A stretch of 64,000 nt of DNA, taken from a bacterium. Its GTDB lineage: Bacteria > Patescibacteriota > Minisyncoccia > Phycocordibacterales > UBA9973. The position numbers were made by a program, and so were the translations under genes. Positions 20,323 to 30,603 of this stretch are shown piece after piece. The notes under the pieces were generated by a model. It ran no database searches, had not been told where the DNA came from, and saw only the letters and a program-made list of their open reading frames with translations. The stretch covers positions 72,785 through 136,784 of the forward strand of contig JBAWZD010000002.1 of assembly GCA_037143195.1 (NCBI GenBank), given 5' to 3'. The stretch's first letter is position 1; each line of letters starts with the position of its first letter.

Positions 20323-21111
20323 ATGCATAAGAAAAAACTCGTTATCGGTAATTGGAAAATGAACCCAAAATCTCTCCGCGAGGCTGAGGGTAATTTTGCA
20401 CTTATCAAAAAACAACTTCCCAAATTGAGAAATGTTGATGCCGCTATCGCTGCGCCATTCGTGTATCTCTCCTCACTCGGAAAGCTCGCGACTACGTCGC
20501 TCGCCACTGCCGCACAAAATGTGTCCGCTGAAAAGGAAGGCGCATTCACCGGCGAAGTTTCAGTGTCGATGCTCAAATCAATCAAAACCAAGTACGTCAT
20601 CCTCGGTCATTCAGAACGTCGCACGCTTGGCGAGACCAACGCGTTCATCAATAAGAAACTCGCACTTGTGTTGGCGAGCCAATTGACCCCCGTCCTTTGT
20701 GTCGGAGAAACAGAACGCGATCATGATATGTGGTACTTGAGTACGATCAAGACACAGATCGAAGAATGTTTTGCTGGTATCAGCAAGGCGTCTGCGCAAA
20801 AAATTGTCATTGCCTATGAGCCAGTCTGGGCGCTCTCAACGACAGAAAATCGTCGAGACGCAACACCAGAGGACTGTCTTGAAATGCGTATTTATATCAA
20901 AAAAGTTCTTTCGGATTTGTACGGCAATACCGTTGCAGAGAAAATAAAAATTTTGTATGGTGGTTCTGTTGACGAAAAGAACGCTATCGGATTCCTCATC
21001 GGGGGACATGCAGATGGATTGCTCCCTGGACGCGCGAGTCTGACTCCAAAAAAATTCGTCGCACTATTACAAGTCGCTAATTCTATCACTACCACCAATG
21101 ACCTCCGTTAA
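20323..21111 (+). CDS. tpiA: triosephosphate isomerase
   Basis: MHKKKLVIGNWKMN... and AYEPVWAL.T are present. The track ORF starts upstream at a GTG, so the ATG at 20323 was chosen. A TATAAT -10 box lies at 20310-20315. Confidence 0.85.
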   Translation: MHKKKLVIGNWKMNPKSLREAEGNFALIKKQLPKLRNVDAAIAAPFVYLSSLGKLATTSLATAAQNVSAEKEGAFTGEVSVSMLKSIKTKYVILGHSERRTLGETNAFINKKLALVLASQLTPVLCVGETERDHDMWYLSTIKTQIEECFAGISKASAQKIVIAYEPVWALSTTENRRDATPEDCLEMRIYIKKVLSDLYGNTVAEKIKILYGGSVDEKNAIGFLIGGHADGLLPGRASLTPKKFVALLQVANSITTTNDLR

Positions 21112-22216
21112 ATCAATCAAGGATTGCAAAGGCAAATACGTTCTCGTGCGCGCAGATTTTAATGTACCGCTTGCGGATGGCAAGATTCTCGATGCTACGC
21201 GCATCCTCGTTGCACTACCAACGATCAAACTTCTCCAGAAAAAGGGGGCACGTGTTGTTCTCTTGAGTCACATTGGTCGTGACCCTGAGGAATCACTCAA
21301 ACCAGTATACCGCGCTCTCAAAAAACATGTTCCTGTACGATTTGTGGAGGAATTGCTTGGTGCAAAAGTTGAGGAAGCGCTCGCTGAAATGAAGAATGGC
21401 GATGTTCTTCTCCTTGAGAACCTCCGATCAAACCCAGGGGAGAAAGCTGGCGACAAAACGTTTGCCAAAGCACTCGCCGCGCTCGGGGACATGTACGTCA
21501 ACGAAGCATTTCCTGTATCACACCGCGCCGATGCTTCAGTCGTCGCACTCGCGAAACTTCTGCCTGCATACGCAGGACTTCAGTTTGAACGTGAAGTCAA
21601 AGAACTTTCAAAAGTTTTACAGCCAAAGCGACCATTCCTCTTTATCCTCGGTGGAGGCAAAGCTGAAACCAAGATTCCACTTTTGAAGCGATATTTGAAA
21701 GAAGCTGACAACGTATTCATTGGAGGAATTCTCGCAAACAATTTTTTCAAAGCAAATGGAGCGAATGTTGGAACATCAAAGACTGATGACAATCTTCCTC
21801 CACTCGGAGCAATGATCAAAAACAAGAAGCTCATCATGCCGGAAAGTGTCATTGTCGCAAATGCAAACAAAAAGTCTCGCACGACTTCAGTTGACGATGT
21901 CCAAGCCGATGAAGCGATTCTCGATGTGGGTATGCCATCGATCGAAGCGATCGCTCCGATAATCAAAAAAGCGAAACTGATTCTTTGGAACGGACCAATG
22001 GGATATTATGAAGGGGGATACACGAAGGCGACTGGCGCACTGTTGAAATTGCTTGCTGAAGCAAAGGCGGAAACAATCATTGGAGGTGGTGACACATCGG
22101 TACTCGTTGAGCGCAAGAAGCTCGCCGACAAATTCACCTTCGTCTCAACTGGTGGCGGTGCCACACTCGACTATCTCGCAAAGGGGACTTTGCCAGGGAT
22201 AAAGGTGTTGAAATAA
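21098..22216 (+). CDS. pgk: phosphoglycerate kinase
   Basis: VLVRADFNVP, the N-terminal substrate-binding motifs, and a C-terminal GGGDT-type motif (IIGGGDTSV). Confidence 0.9.
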   Translation: MTSVKSIKDCKGKYVLVRADFNVPLADGKILDATRILVALPTIKLLQKKGARVVLLSHIGRDPEESLKPVYRALKKHVPVRFVEELLGAKVEEALAEMKNGDVLLLENLRSNPGEKAGDKTFAKALAALGDMYVNEAFPVSHRADASVVALAKLLPAYAGLQFEREVKELSKVLQPKRPFLFILGGGKAETKIPLLKRYLKEADNVFIGGILANNFFKANGANVGTSKTDDNLPPLGAMIKNKKLIMPESVIVANANKKSRTTSVDDVQADEAILDVGMPSIEAIAPIIKKAKLILWNGPMGYYEGGYTKATGALLKLLAEAKAETIIGGGDTSVLVERKKLADKFTFVSTGGGATLDYLAKGTLPGIKVLK

Positions 22217-22221
22217 AAGAA

Positions 22222-22265
22222 GCGGACAAAATCAAAAACGCCCTAGAGGGCGTTTTTGATTTTGT
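22222..22265. terminator. bidirectional terminator between pgk and HIT gene (20-bp perfect IR)
   Basis: GCGGACAAAATCAAAAACGCCC-TAGAG-GGCGTTTTTGATTTTGTCCGC. It overlaps the HIT gene stop. Confidence 0.55.
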
Positions 22266-22656
22266 CCGCAATTTGTTTTGCGCCATCGTCTTCATATTTT
22301 GTGCCGTGCCAGAGTTCGTAGCCGTCACCTTCGTGACGAGGCATAACGTGTACGTGTGCATGAAAGACGACTTGTCCGGCAAACGTGCCGTTGTTCATCG
22401 CGATATTGAGATCGGGCGAGGGGATGCCTGTTTGGATGCCGTGAGCGACCTTCTTTACGGTGTCCATGACTTTGCTCCAGACATCGGCGGGTGCTTCAAA
22501 TACATTCGCGTAGTGCTCTTTGGGAATGACGAGTGTATGCCCCGGATTGACCGGCATGATGTCGAGGAAGGCGAGGGTGTCGGCGTCCTCGTATATTTTT
22601 TCACACGGGATTTCGCCCGCGACGATTTTGCAAAAGAGGCAGTTTGTGTCTTTCAT
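22243..22656 (-). CDS. HIT-family (histidine triad) hydrolase
   Basis: MKDTNCLFCKIVAGEIP...HAHVHVMPR carries the histidine triad. Only the C-terminal 137 aa of the 299-aa track ORF is HIT-like, so the gene is called from the internal ATG. Confidence 0.75.
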   Translation of the reverse strand: MKDTNCLFCKIVAGEIPCEKIYEDADTLAFLDIMPVNPGHTLVIPKEHYANVFEAPADVWSKVMDTVKKVAHGIQTGIPSPDLNIAMNNGTFAGQVVFHAHVHVMPRHEGDGYELWHGTKYEDDGAKQIADKIKNAL

Positions 22657-22701
22657 ATGGGAATAGTCTAGCATATGCGCGATGCGTGATAGAATACCCC
22701 G

Positions 22702-24444
22702 ATGCAAAGGACTTTTATCGACGCCCGCCACATCCGAGATGAGGACCATAGCCTCGTGGGATATAGTCCACTTCTCACACGACTGCTCGTCAATCGTGGA
22801 TATACGACGCCTGAATTGGCGGAGCGATTTTTGAAACCAAGCTATGACGGACATATGAATGATCCGTTTTTGATGCACGACATGGAGAAGGCTGTTGTTC
22901 GTATTCACCAAGCGATTCAATTGAACGAAGCGATTGTCATTTATGCCGACTACGACTGTGATGGGATTCCGGGGGCGGTCATCGCGTATGATTTTTTTGA
23001 GAAGATTGGATACAAAAATGTGTCTGTGTATATTCCGGATCGTCATCTCGAGGGGTATGGTCTCAACCGAAAAGCGGTGGAGCAATTTGTCGATGCTGGC
23101 GCGAAGCTCATCATCACGATTGACCTTGGTACGAGTAATCACGAAGACATTGCCGTTGCTCAGTCAAAAGGCGTGGATGTGATTGTGACGGATCATCATA
23201 TTCCGCATGAGACACTTCCCGAAGCGTATGCCGTCGTGAATCCAAAAGTCGGTGATACATATCCTGATCCGATGCTCTGTGGTTCAGGCGTCATGTTCAA
23301 ACTCGTCCAAGCATACCTCGCTCGCTACGCGAGCTCGCTCTCCATCACCCCTGGCTGGGAAAAATGGCTCCTCGACATGGCAGGCCTTGCCACACTCTCC
23401 GATATGGTGCCACTCACTGGCGAGAATAGAATCATTGCGCGTTTCGGCATGCAGGTTTTTCAAAAATCTCCACGCCCAGGCATCATGCAACTTTTGCGTA
23501 AACTCAATATTGACCAGCGCACTATCAGTGAAGACGATATTACCTTCATGGTCACGCCACGCTTAAATGCGGCGAGTCGTATGGATTCACCGATGCGTGC
23601 ATTTGAATTGCTCTCCGTGCGCGATAGCGTGCAGGCTGGCATGGTGGCGGATCATCTCACGAAGATCAACGATGAACGCAAGAGTCTCGTCGCGCATATT
23701 ATGAAAGATGTGAAGGCGAAATTGGCCGAGCGTGAGCTCGGCCCAATCATCGTCATTGGCAATCCGGATTGGCGTGTCGGTATTCTCGGTATCGTAGCAG
23801 GGAAAATAATGGAAGAATGGGACAGACCTGTCTTCGTCTGGGGTAGACAGGGAAGCCCGATTGCTGAAGGAGGCACACCGGTCGTCAAAGGTTCCTGCCG
23901 ATCAAATGGTGCGGTCAATATCGTCGAGCTCATGACGGCTGGACGCGAACATTTTTTGGATTTCGGTGGACACGAACTCGCGGGTGGATTTTCAGTCACA
24001 GAAGACACCGTGCACACACTCGAAGATATGTTGTGTGGGCTGTATGAAAGTCAGAAGCGTGATAGCGCCACAAGCGACGGGAAATCAAACACGACTGGTC
24101 CGCAGATTGATGCCGTACTCTCACTCTCTGAGGTCAACGACAACACAGCGACAATGCTCGCCGGCCTCTCACCATTTGGTCTCGGTAATCCAAAGCCACT
24201 CTTTCTCTTTCCTCGCGTCTCCGTCCGCAAAACCAAACAATTCGGCAAAGAAAAAAATCACCTCGAACTCCTCGTTGCCGACGACATGCAAGTCGAGCGC
24301 ACCGCCATGGCCTTCTTCGCCGATGGCGACACGTTCACCCGACCCGTCCGCGAAGGCGATATCATCGACCTTGTTGCGACAATAGAAAAATCCTACTTCG
24401 CTGGACGCACCACCATCCGCCTTCGAATTGTTGATGTGCGATAG
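22702..24444 (+). CDS. recJ: single-stranded-DNA-specific exonuclease RecJ
   Basis: DHH motifs (IYADYDCDGI; VIVTDHHIP) and a DHHA1 domain. Confidence 0.9.
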   Translation: MQRTFIDARHIRDEDHSLVGYSPLLTRLLVNRGYTTPELAERFLKPSYDGHMNDPFLMHDMEKAVVRIHQAIQLNEAIVIYADYDCDGIPGAVIAYDFFEKIGYKNVSVYIPDRHLEGYGLNRKAVEQFVDAGAKLIITIDLGTSNHEDIAVAQSKGVDVIVTDHHIPHETLPEAYAVVNPKVGDTYPDPMLCGSGVMFKLVQAYLARYASSLSITPGWEKWLLDMAGLATLSDMVPLTGENRIIARFGMQVFQKSPRPGIMQLLRKLNIDQRTISEDDITFMVTPRLNAASRMDSPMRAFELLSVRDSVQAGMVADHLTKINDERKSLVAHIMKDVKAKLAERELGPIIVIGNPDWRVGILGIVAGKIMEEWDRPVFVWGRQGSPIAEGGTPVVKGSCRSNGAVNIVELMTAGREHFLDFGGHELAGGFSVTEDTVHTLEDMLCGLYESQKRDSATSDGKSNTTGPQIDAVLSLSEVNDNTATMLAGLSPFGLGNPKPLFLFPRVSVRKTKQFGKEKNHLELLVADDMQVERTAMAFFADGDTFTRPVREGDIIDLVATIEKSYFAGRTTIRLRIVDVR

Positions 24445-24472
24445 AAATAAGTATTTGATACAATAGTTTCTC

Positions 24473-25231
24473 ATGAAAGAAAACACGATTACGATATTTA
24501 CAGACGGATCTTCGCGTGGCAATCCAGGGCCTGGGGGGTGGGGTGCAGTGGTGATTGATGTTTCCGGCAAAGTCTACGAACTTGGTGGCAGGGAAGATCA
24601 TACGACGAACAACCGCATGGAGATTGCGGCGGCGCTTGGTGCGCTCGCGCACATTGAATCGCGCAAACTCGCGGGAGATATTGAGGTCAATACTGACTCG
24701 GCATATTTGCTCCAAGGGATTACGGGTTGGGTGTACGGCTGGGAGAAAAATGGATGGAAGACGAAGACGGGTGACGACGTGCTCAATCAGGATTTGTGGC
24801 GAGAATTGGGCGCGCTCGTTGCGCGACTCAAAATGAAGCATACGCTCATGTGGAACAAAGTCGGCGGGCACATCGGACTCCTCGGCAACGAGCGCGCCGA
24901 TCTCATCGCGACCAACTGTGCTGACAAGACACAACAGCTCCTCTATGTTGGTCCGCTCACTCAATATGAACAGCTCATCGGTGGCTCGGTATTTTCTGGC
25001 ACAAGCGATGACAAAATCGTGCAAAAAAAAGCCAAGAAAAAATCAAGTTCGACCGCACCAGCGTATTCATATGTCTCACTTCTTGATGGTAAGATAGAAA
25101 CACACAAGACGTGGGCAGAATGCGAACGACGAGTCAAAGGTAAAAAGGCAACGAAATTTAAAAAAGTGTTCAGCAAGCAGGAGGAAGATTCTTTGAAATA
25201 CGAATGGAGCACACTCGCTCACAAACCATAG
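24473..25231 (+). CDS. rnhA: ribonuclease HI with Lys-rich C-terminal extension
   Basis: TDGSSRGNPGPGGWGAVV...NNRMEIAAALGAL...TDSAYL. The extra ~90-aa C-terminal tail is basic. Confidence 0.8.
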   Translation: MKENTITIFTDGSSRGNPGPGGWGAVVIDVSGKVYELGGREDHTTNNRMEIAAALGALAHIESRKLAGDIEVNTDSAYLLQGITGWVYGWEKNGWKTKTGDDVLNQDLWRELGALVARLKMKHTLMWNKVGGHIGLLGNERADLIATNCADKTQQLLYVGPLTQYEQLIGGSVFSGTSDDKIVQKKAKKKSSSTAPAYSYVSLLDGKIETHKTWAECERRVKGKKATKFKKVFSKQEEDSLKYEWSTLAHKP

Positions 25232-26697
25232 ATGGATATCTGGCTTCCGGTATTGTAGGCTTTGCCACCGGAATTATTTTTGCTTCGCTTGCTCATATGA
25301 CCGCCCCCGCGACTATAGTCGCGGGGGCGGTCGGCGTTTGTCTCCTCGTCCTCGCCACAATCATTCGCAAAGCGAGATCCTACACACTGGTCGCGGGTCT
25401 CTTCATCTGCGCATTTGTCCTCGGCATGTATCGTGCCGAAATTGCAAAACCGAATACGAAAGATTTTGAAAACAACATCGGCGAGAGCGTCACTGTCGAA
25501 GGTCTGATCGCAGATGAACCATCAGTAAAATCATATGGAGCAGGTTTTACCCTCGCGACGCCTGACCTCAGTTTTTCAGTTCGTACCAAAAAGAATACGC
25601 ATCTCGCATACGGTGACAAAGTCCTCGTGTATGGCACACTCGCACTCCCTGAGAATTTCATGACTGATCAAGGCACGGAATTCGATTACATTTCATATCT
25701 CTACAAAAGTAATGTTGTGTATCAAATCAAAAACGCGAACGCGACCGTACTCGAACACAATCATGGCAATTGGATAGTCGCACACTTGATCCCCGTAAAG
25801 AACGCAATCGTAAACTGTTTCCATCGCATCTTGCCCGCGTCACAAGCCGATCTGCTCGCCGGTCTCAATCTCGGCGTCAAAGCAAACATTGATCCGCAAT
25901 TCCGCGACGACCTCGTCACGACTGGCACGATTCATATGATTGCGCTTTCTGGATACAACGTGACCGTCGTTGCAAACGCACTCCAAAGTTTTTTTATCGA
26001 TATTCTCGGACTATCCATGCGTGTCGCGTCAGCAAGTGGCGCACTGTGTATCGTGCTGTTTGTCGTCATGACAGGGATGCAATCATCGGCGGTGCGAGCG
26101 GGGATCATGGCGCTCATCGGACTTTTTGCGCGCACCAAAGGTCGCACCTATGATGCATTTCGTGCGCTTGTCATCGCCGGATTTTTGATGATACTCTACG
26201 ATCCAAAATATCTGGTTTACGATGTGTCGTTTCAACTTTCATACCTCGCTACGCTCGGTATTCTGTTCGTCACCCCAGTGCTCGAGCGAACATTCGCACG
26301 CGTGCCCAAAAAAGTCGCGTACATTATTCTGCTCCGCGAACTCATGTCCGTCACCCTTGGCGCACAGACAGGAGTCTTGCCCTTCATTCTTTACAAAATG
26401 GGCACACTCTCGCTCATTGCACTCCCCGCAAATGTCGCGATATTACCCGCGGTCCCGCTTGCCATGGGATTCGGCGCGCTCGCGGGACTCATCGGCGCAT
26501 TCAGTCTCGGACTCGCATACCCCGCCTCACTTATCACACACTATCTCCTCAGCTATATCACCGGAGCCGTGCAATTCCTCGCGCGCGTCCCGTTCGCGTC
26601 AGTCGTCATAAAACACTTTCCATTATGGCTGTGTATCTGTATGTATTTGTGTCTAATGTTTTTTTTGTATAAAAAATGGCACAGTGAAAAAGTGTAG
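25204..26697 (+). CDS. comEC: DNA internalization channel ComEC/Rec2 (membrane competence domain only, no fused MBL domain)
   Basis: DUF4131-like N-terminal region (FDYISYLYKSNVVYQI) and a competence domain (GTIHMIALSGYNVTVV). Multiple TM helices are present. The 5' end overlaps rnhA, so the true start may be an internal Met. Confidence 0.75.
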   Translation: MEHTRSQTIDGYLASGIVGFATGIIFASLAHMTAPATIVAGAVGVCLLVLATIIRKARSYTLVAGLFICAFVLGMYRAEIAKPNTKDFENNIGESVTVEGLIADEPSVKSYGAGFTLATPDLSFSVRTKKNTHLAYGDKVLVYGTLALPENFMTDQGTEFDYISYLYKSNVVYQIKNANATVLEHNHGNWIVAHLIPVKNAIVNCFHRILPASQADLLAGLNLGVKANIDPQFRDDLVTTGTIHMIALSGYNVTVVANALQSFFIDILGLSMRVASASGALCIVLFVVMTGMQSSAVRAGIMALIGLFARTKGRTYDAFRALVIAGFLMILYDPKYLVYDVSFQLSYLATLGILFVTPVLERTFARVPKKVAYIILLRELMSVTLGAQTGVLPFILYKMGTLSLIALPANVAILPAVPLAMGFGALAGLIGAFSLGLAYPASLITHYLLSYITGAVQFLARVPFASVVIKHFPLWLCICMYLCLMFFLYKKWHSEKV

Positions 26698-26704
26698 CAA
26701 AAAT

Positions 26705-26802
26705 AAAAACCTCTTTTGAAGAAGGCCTTTCGCAGGCGCTTGGCGCCGAGAAGCTCGCGCGCGAGCACGCGCGACGAGTTGCCTTTTCAAAAGAGGTTTT
26801 TA
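26705..26802. repeat. 63-bp-family dispersed repeat copy (26721-26783, reverse orientation) inside 16-bp inverted repeat
   Basis: The core is the exact reverse complement of the copy inside truB (63/63 by eye). Confidence 0.75.
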
Positions 26803-26814
26803 ATTTCGCCCAAA

Positions 26815-27402
26815 CTATTTCCCGAATCGCTCTTCAACCTTACTCCAATTCAAATTCTCAAAAAAAGCCTCAACGTATTTTTTCTTTTCGCTCGTCGGAT
26901 AATCATAGACATATGAGTGTTCCCACATGTCGATAGCGAGAATGAGCTTTGGTCCGTAGAGGTGCCCCATGTGTTGCTCGTCTACCCACTGTGTGAGCAA
27001 GTGACCTGATTCACTGCAGTAGTAGAGCATTGCCCAGCCGACTCCGCGAGTCATGGCGAGCGCTTTCAAACGCGCGAGAAAGGCATCGAAGCTTCCAAAA
27101 TCTTTTTCGATTTGGTGCGAGAGTGCACCGCCACTTGTGATTGACGCAGGACCACCTTCAAATTGGGAGAAATATATCTCGTGATTTTTCATACCATCGT
27201 GCTCGAAGGCGAAGCGACGCTGAAGTTCGGCAATCTCATACGAATTTTTCTCCGTGTCCTTACTCAATTCGCGAATTTGGTTTTGGATATAATTTGAGAA
27301 TTTTACGTAGCCAGCGTAGAGCTTGAGATGCTCCTCGACATTTTTGGCTGAGATTCCTTTGAGCTCAGGAAGAGCGAATGTTTTTGCAGTGAAGTAATCC
27401 AT
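26815..27402 (-). CDS. sodA: Fe/Mn superoxide dismutase
   Basis: Sod_Fe N- and C-terminal domains, including DMWEHSYVYDY. Confidence 0.85.
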   Translation of the reverse strand: MDYFTAKTFALPELKGISAKNVEEHLKLYAGYVKFSNYIQNQIRELSKDTEKNSYEIAELQRRFAFEHDGMKNHEIYFSQFEGGPASITSGGALSHQIEKDFGSFDAFLARLKALAMTRGVGWAMLYYCSESGHLLTQWVDEQHMGHLYGPKLILAIDMWEHSYVYDYPTSEKKKYVEAFFENLNWSKVEERFGK

Positions 27403-27452
27403 TTTTTTTCTTTACTATTTCTTGACGACGAGACTAGTATACTCTTTTTGGT

Positions 27453-28301
27453 ATGAAAATCCGAACGTTCTTTTTGCTCATCCCGACGATTGTGTCGCTT
27501 GCTTTTCCCCTTACAACAGGGGCTCAAAGCCTCCTTCGTGTAGCGTTTCTCGATATCGGTCAAGGCGATGCGATATATATCGAAGCCCCAAACGGCGCGC
27601 AGATGATAATTGACGGAGGTCCAGAAGGTTCGCTCGAGAGTCCGCTTTCTGCTGTTATGCCATATCTCGACCGATCTATCAATCTGATTATGGTTACGAA
27701 TCCTGACGCCGATCATTATGCTGGATTCATCGATCTCCTCCGCGACTACGACGTCGGTGCAGTGATTGAGCCCGGCACCGTGACTCATACGCCGACGCAT
27801 GCACAATTTCAAAAGGAAATTGCCGAGCGGAATATTCCCGAAGTCATGGCTCGAAAGGGAATGACGATTACGCTTGATCCTGATGCTGGCGTCACATTCA
27901 CCGTACTTTTTCCCGATCGGGACGTGTCGACATGGACGACGAATGATGGATCAATCATGGGTATCCTCACTTATGGCACGACGAAAATTATGTTTACGGG
28001 GGATGCGACAAAAAAGACGGAGCAGATAGTGCTCTCGGAGAATTCGCCGAGTAATTTGGCGAGTGACATTTTGAAAGTTGGGCATCATGGTTCCACGACG
28101 AGCTCGAGTGATGCATTCGTCGGCGCTATCGCGCCGACCACCGCAGTCATCTCCGCCGGTCGCAACAACAAATACGGCCTCCCTAAATCCGAAACCCTCG
28201 CCACCCTCAAGCGCCACAACGTCACAATTCTGCGGACTGACGAGCTCGGCACAATCCTCATTACTTCTGACGGAAAGACATTTACACAGTTATCGCAATA
28301 A
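27453..28301 (+). CDS. secreted MBL-fold metallo-hydrolase (ComEC C-terminal lactamase-like domain as stand-alone protein)
   Basis: Signal peptide, then VAFLDIGQGDAIYIEAPNGAQMIIDGGP and HxHxDH-type motifs (NPDADHYAG) typical of ComEC/ComEA-associated MBL domains. Confidence 0.7.
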   Translation: MKIRTFFLLIPTIVSLAFPLTTGAQSLLRVAFLDIGQGDAIYIEAPNGAQMIIDGGPEGSLESPLSAVMPYLDRSINLIMVTNPDADHYAGFIDLLRDYDVGAVIEPGTVTHTPTHAQFQKEIAERNIPEVMARKGMTITLDPDAGVTFTVLFPDRDVSTWTTNDGSIMGILTYGTTKIMFTGDATKKTEQIVLSENSPSNLASDILKVGHHGSTTSSSDAFVGAIAPTTAVISAGRNNKYGLPKSETLATLKRHNVTILRTDELGTILITSDGKTFTQLSQ

Positions 28302-28381
28302 TAAAATTGTATGGATAAAAGTGACAAACAAAAACCCAGAAATAGAATTGCTCTATTTCTGGGCCGCACATAGTGCTAGGT

Positions 28382-29530
28382 TTAAAGTTTGTCGATATTC
28401 CGAGGGTCTATCATATAGGCTCTCATGATTTTTTTGCCGTTCTCAAGTGACGGCGGGTACTTTTTTATGAGAGGTAGTATACCCTCATAAATTGGGTTAC
28501 CTGTGTACTTTTTCACCGGGTCGGTGATAATGCCACCCGGGAATAATTTTTGGCGTACCATTTCTTGCATGAGACAGATTCCCATGTAATGGACGGCGAC
28601 TTCATCGTACCTTGTGTAATCGCTCAGAATTTTTTCTGGGTTCTTAGCGTACGGTGGCCGGTTGAGACTGTCGAGAGACGCTTGGAGTCTTTTTTGAGAC
28701 ACTATTTTATGGAGTACCTCATAAAAAACTGATTCAAAGGTTTCTGCTTGACTGGGATTGACTGCGTCAATCGTTATCGGCTTTTCGAATACGTTTTGCA
28801 TCTCCCAGCTAGTGTCTGTTGCTCTGTAATAATCAATATTTTGTCCAGACTCGCCATACGTATTCAGCTCAATCGTGCCGGTTGTTCCGCCGACATTCGT
28901 TCCGTTAAAAAACCAATCGACTCGCCCAACATGTTGTTGGTATTGTCTTCCAGTAAGTGTTACTGCAAATGCATCAGATGCAATTTTTTTCTTACTTCCA
29001 TAATGAATAAATTCAATTCTGGATTTTTTGAATTGTAGACCTGTTTCTTTCCAATACTTTATTGCAAAGGGGAGCGCGTTTTGCACCGCGATTTCAACGG
29101 TAGGTAGGTAATCTTTTGGTAAGGGTTCAATTACTGTTTTCCAACCGAGAGTACGGTGCTCGATTACGAGTGTGTCGGTTGAGGCGAATGCAGTCCATTC
29201 TTTTCGAAATACAAAATAACTTGCGCTCGTACCTGGGAGCATTAACATTTGGGTTGCTATCGATTTAACAGTAGTCAAATCAATCGTGTCACTTCTCCTT
29301 TTGTAAAAAGAGTATTTAACCAATGTTGTTTCAACCCCGTCCCCTTTAAAATCAAGGCCGAAGGATAGGGTACAAAATGGTTTATTTTCGTCAAACGCCG
29401 TATCTGGCGTTGACTCGAAAAAGTGAGTCGTGTCAGGTACGGATGCAGTCAACGATTGCTTTTTTGTGCTCGTCGTGGAGCATGCAGCTAAAAGCATAAA
29501 GCTGGCGAGAATTACCATAATTCTAGTCAT
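28382..29530 (-). CDS. lipoprotein of unknown function
   Basis: Lipobox LLAAC|S follows the signal peptide. 382 aa. Confidence 0.5.
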   Translation of the reverse strand: MTRIMVILASFMLLAACSTTSTKKQSLTASVPDTTHFFESTPDTAFDENKPFCTLSFGLDFKGDGVETTLVKYSFYKRRSDTIDLTTVKSIATQMLMLPGTSASYFVFRKEWTAFASTDTLVIEHRTLGWKTVIEPLPKDYLPTVEIAVQNALPFAIKYWKETGLQFKKSRIEFIHYGSKKKIASDAFAVTLTGRQYQQHVGRVDWFFNGTNVGGTTGTIELNTYGESGQNIDYYRATDTSWEMQNVFEKPITIDAVNPSQAETFESVFYEVLHKIVSQKRLQASLDSLNRPPYAKNPEKILSDYTRYDEVAVHYMGICLMQEMVRQKLFPGGIITDPVKKYTGNPIYEGILPLIKKYPPSLENGKKIMRAYMIDPRNIDKL

Positions 29531-29630
29531 GTTTTTATTTTTTTAAAAAAGTGAGTTTTTATGTTTCGTGTTGCATATTAACACAAAATTTTAAAAAATC
29601 AAGTAGAAATACATCGTGAGACGAAACAAC

Positions 29631-29660
29631 AAAAACCGCCCCGTTGGGGCGGTTTTTGGG
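29631..29660. terminator. bidirectional terminator after rpmB
   Basis: AAAAACCGCCCCGTTGGGGCGGTTTTTGGG. Confidence 0.55.
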
Positions 29661-29672
29661 AGATACCATTAG

Positions 29673-29918
29673 TTACTTAATGATTCCAGCCTTTTTGAGC
29701 GCAGCATATGCACCAAGTTTGGTGATTGTGCGGATACCACGAGTACTGACGTCAATGACGAAAGTCTTCTTGAGCTCCGGAACATAGACTCGCTTCTTCT
29801 GCATGTTCGGATACTTACGAACCATGCCGGTTGGGTTGAACTTCGTTGCACGGGTGCGGTTAGAATAGCCACCTGCAACGATCGAACCTTTTTTAGTTAT
29901 TGCGCATACTTTTGCCAT
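29673..29918 (-). CDS. rpmB: 50S ribosomal protein L28
   Basis: MAKVCAITKKGSIVAGGYSNRTRATKFNPTGM... shows the L28 pattern. The internal ATG was chosen over the longer track ORF. Confidence 0.65.
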   Translation of the reverse strand: MAKVCAITKKGSIVAGGYSNRTRATKFNPTGMVRKYPNMQKKRVYVPELKKTFVIDVSTRGIRTITKLGAYAALKKAGIIK

Positions 29919-29931
29919 AGGGATTTGCGAA

Positions 29932-30594
29932 GTGCATGCTATCATAGAGATACATTCTATGCAAGGCTTTCTCGGATCTATCTTCTATATCGTCGTTCTC
30001 ATCATGTCGGTCGTGGTCCACGAAGTGGCGCACGGTTTCGCTGCCGAGAGCCAAGGCGACCCGACCGCTCGCTATGCTGGACGACTCACGATGAACCCGC
30101 TTCGCCACCTCGACATGGTCGGTTCGGTCATTCTTCCGCTCCTCCTCGTGCTCTTTCACGCGGGATTTATGATTGGCTGGGCCAAGCCTGTGCCATACAA
30201 CGAACGCAACCTCCGCAACAAACGCTGGGGGACTGCAATCGTCGCTTCTGCGGGTATCCTCGTGAATCTTTGTCTTGCAATTTTGTTTGGTCTTCTCATT
30301 CGTGTCGCACCACTTGTGCTCGGAAGTTCCGCACAAGCGTTCACTGATATCGCAAGTGTGATCGTGATTGTGAATTTGGTGCTCGCGCTTTTCAACCTCA
30401 TTCCTATTCCGCCACTCGATGGATCCAAAATTCTGTTTTCACTCTTTCCACGAAGCACGATAAAATTTCAAGCGATGGTCGAATACCTTTCACTCCCACT
30501 CCTCATTCTCTTTTTGTTTTATCTCTGGCCACTTATTTTCCCGTTTGTCGGCACACTGTTCACGTTTATCACGGGCACGTCGCTTGGTTTCTAG
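29932..30594 (+). CDS. M50-family (site-2 protease-like) membrane metalloprotease
   Basis: HEVAHG is an HExxH motif, and LDGSKIL is the second zinc-ligand motif. The protein is polytopic. Confidence 0.7.
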   Translation: MHAIIEIHSMQGFLGSIFYIVVLIMSVVVHEVAHGFAAESQGDPTARYAGRLTMNPLRHLDMVGSVILPLLLVLFHAGFMIGWAKPVPYNERNLRNKRWGTAIVASAGILVNLCLAILFGLLIRVAPLVLGSSAQAFTDIASVIVIVNLVLALFNLIPIPPLDGSKILFSLFPRSTIKFQAMVEYLSLPLLILFLFYLWPLIFPFVGTLFTFITGTSLGF

Positions 30595-30603
30595 TCACAC
30601 ATC

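Noticed and set aside
22657-23142. N-terminal 160-aa extension of the HIT-protein ORF
   Set aside because: Only the C-terminal 137 aa carries the HIT fold. The extension runs antisense into recJ and has no support, so the gene was truncated to the internal ATG.
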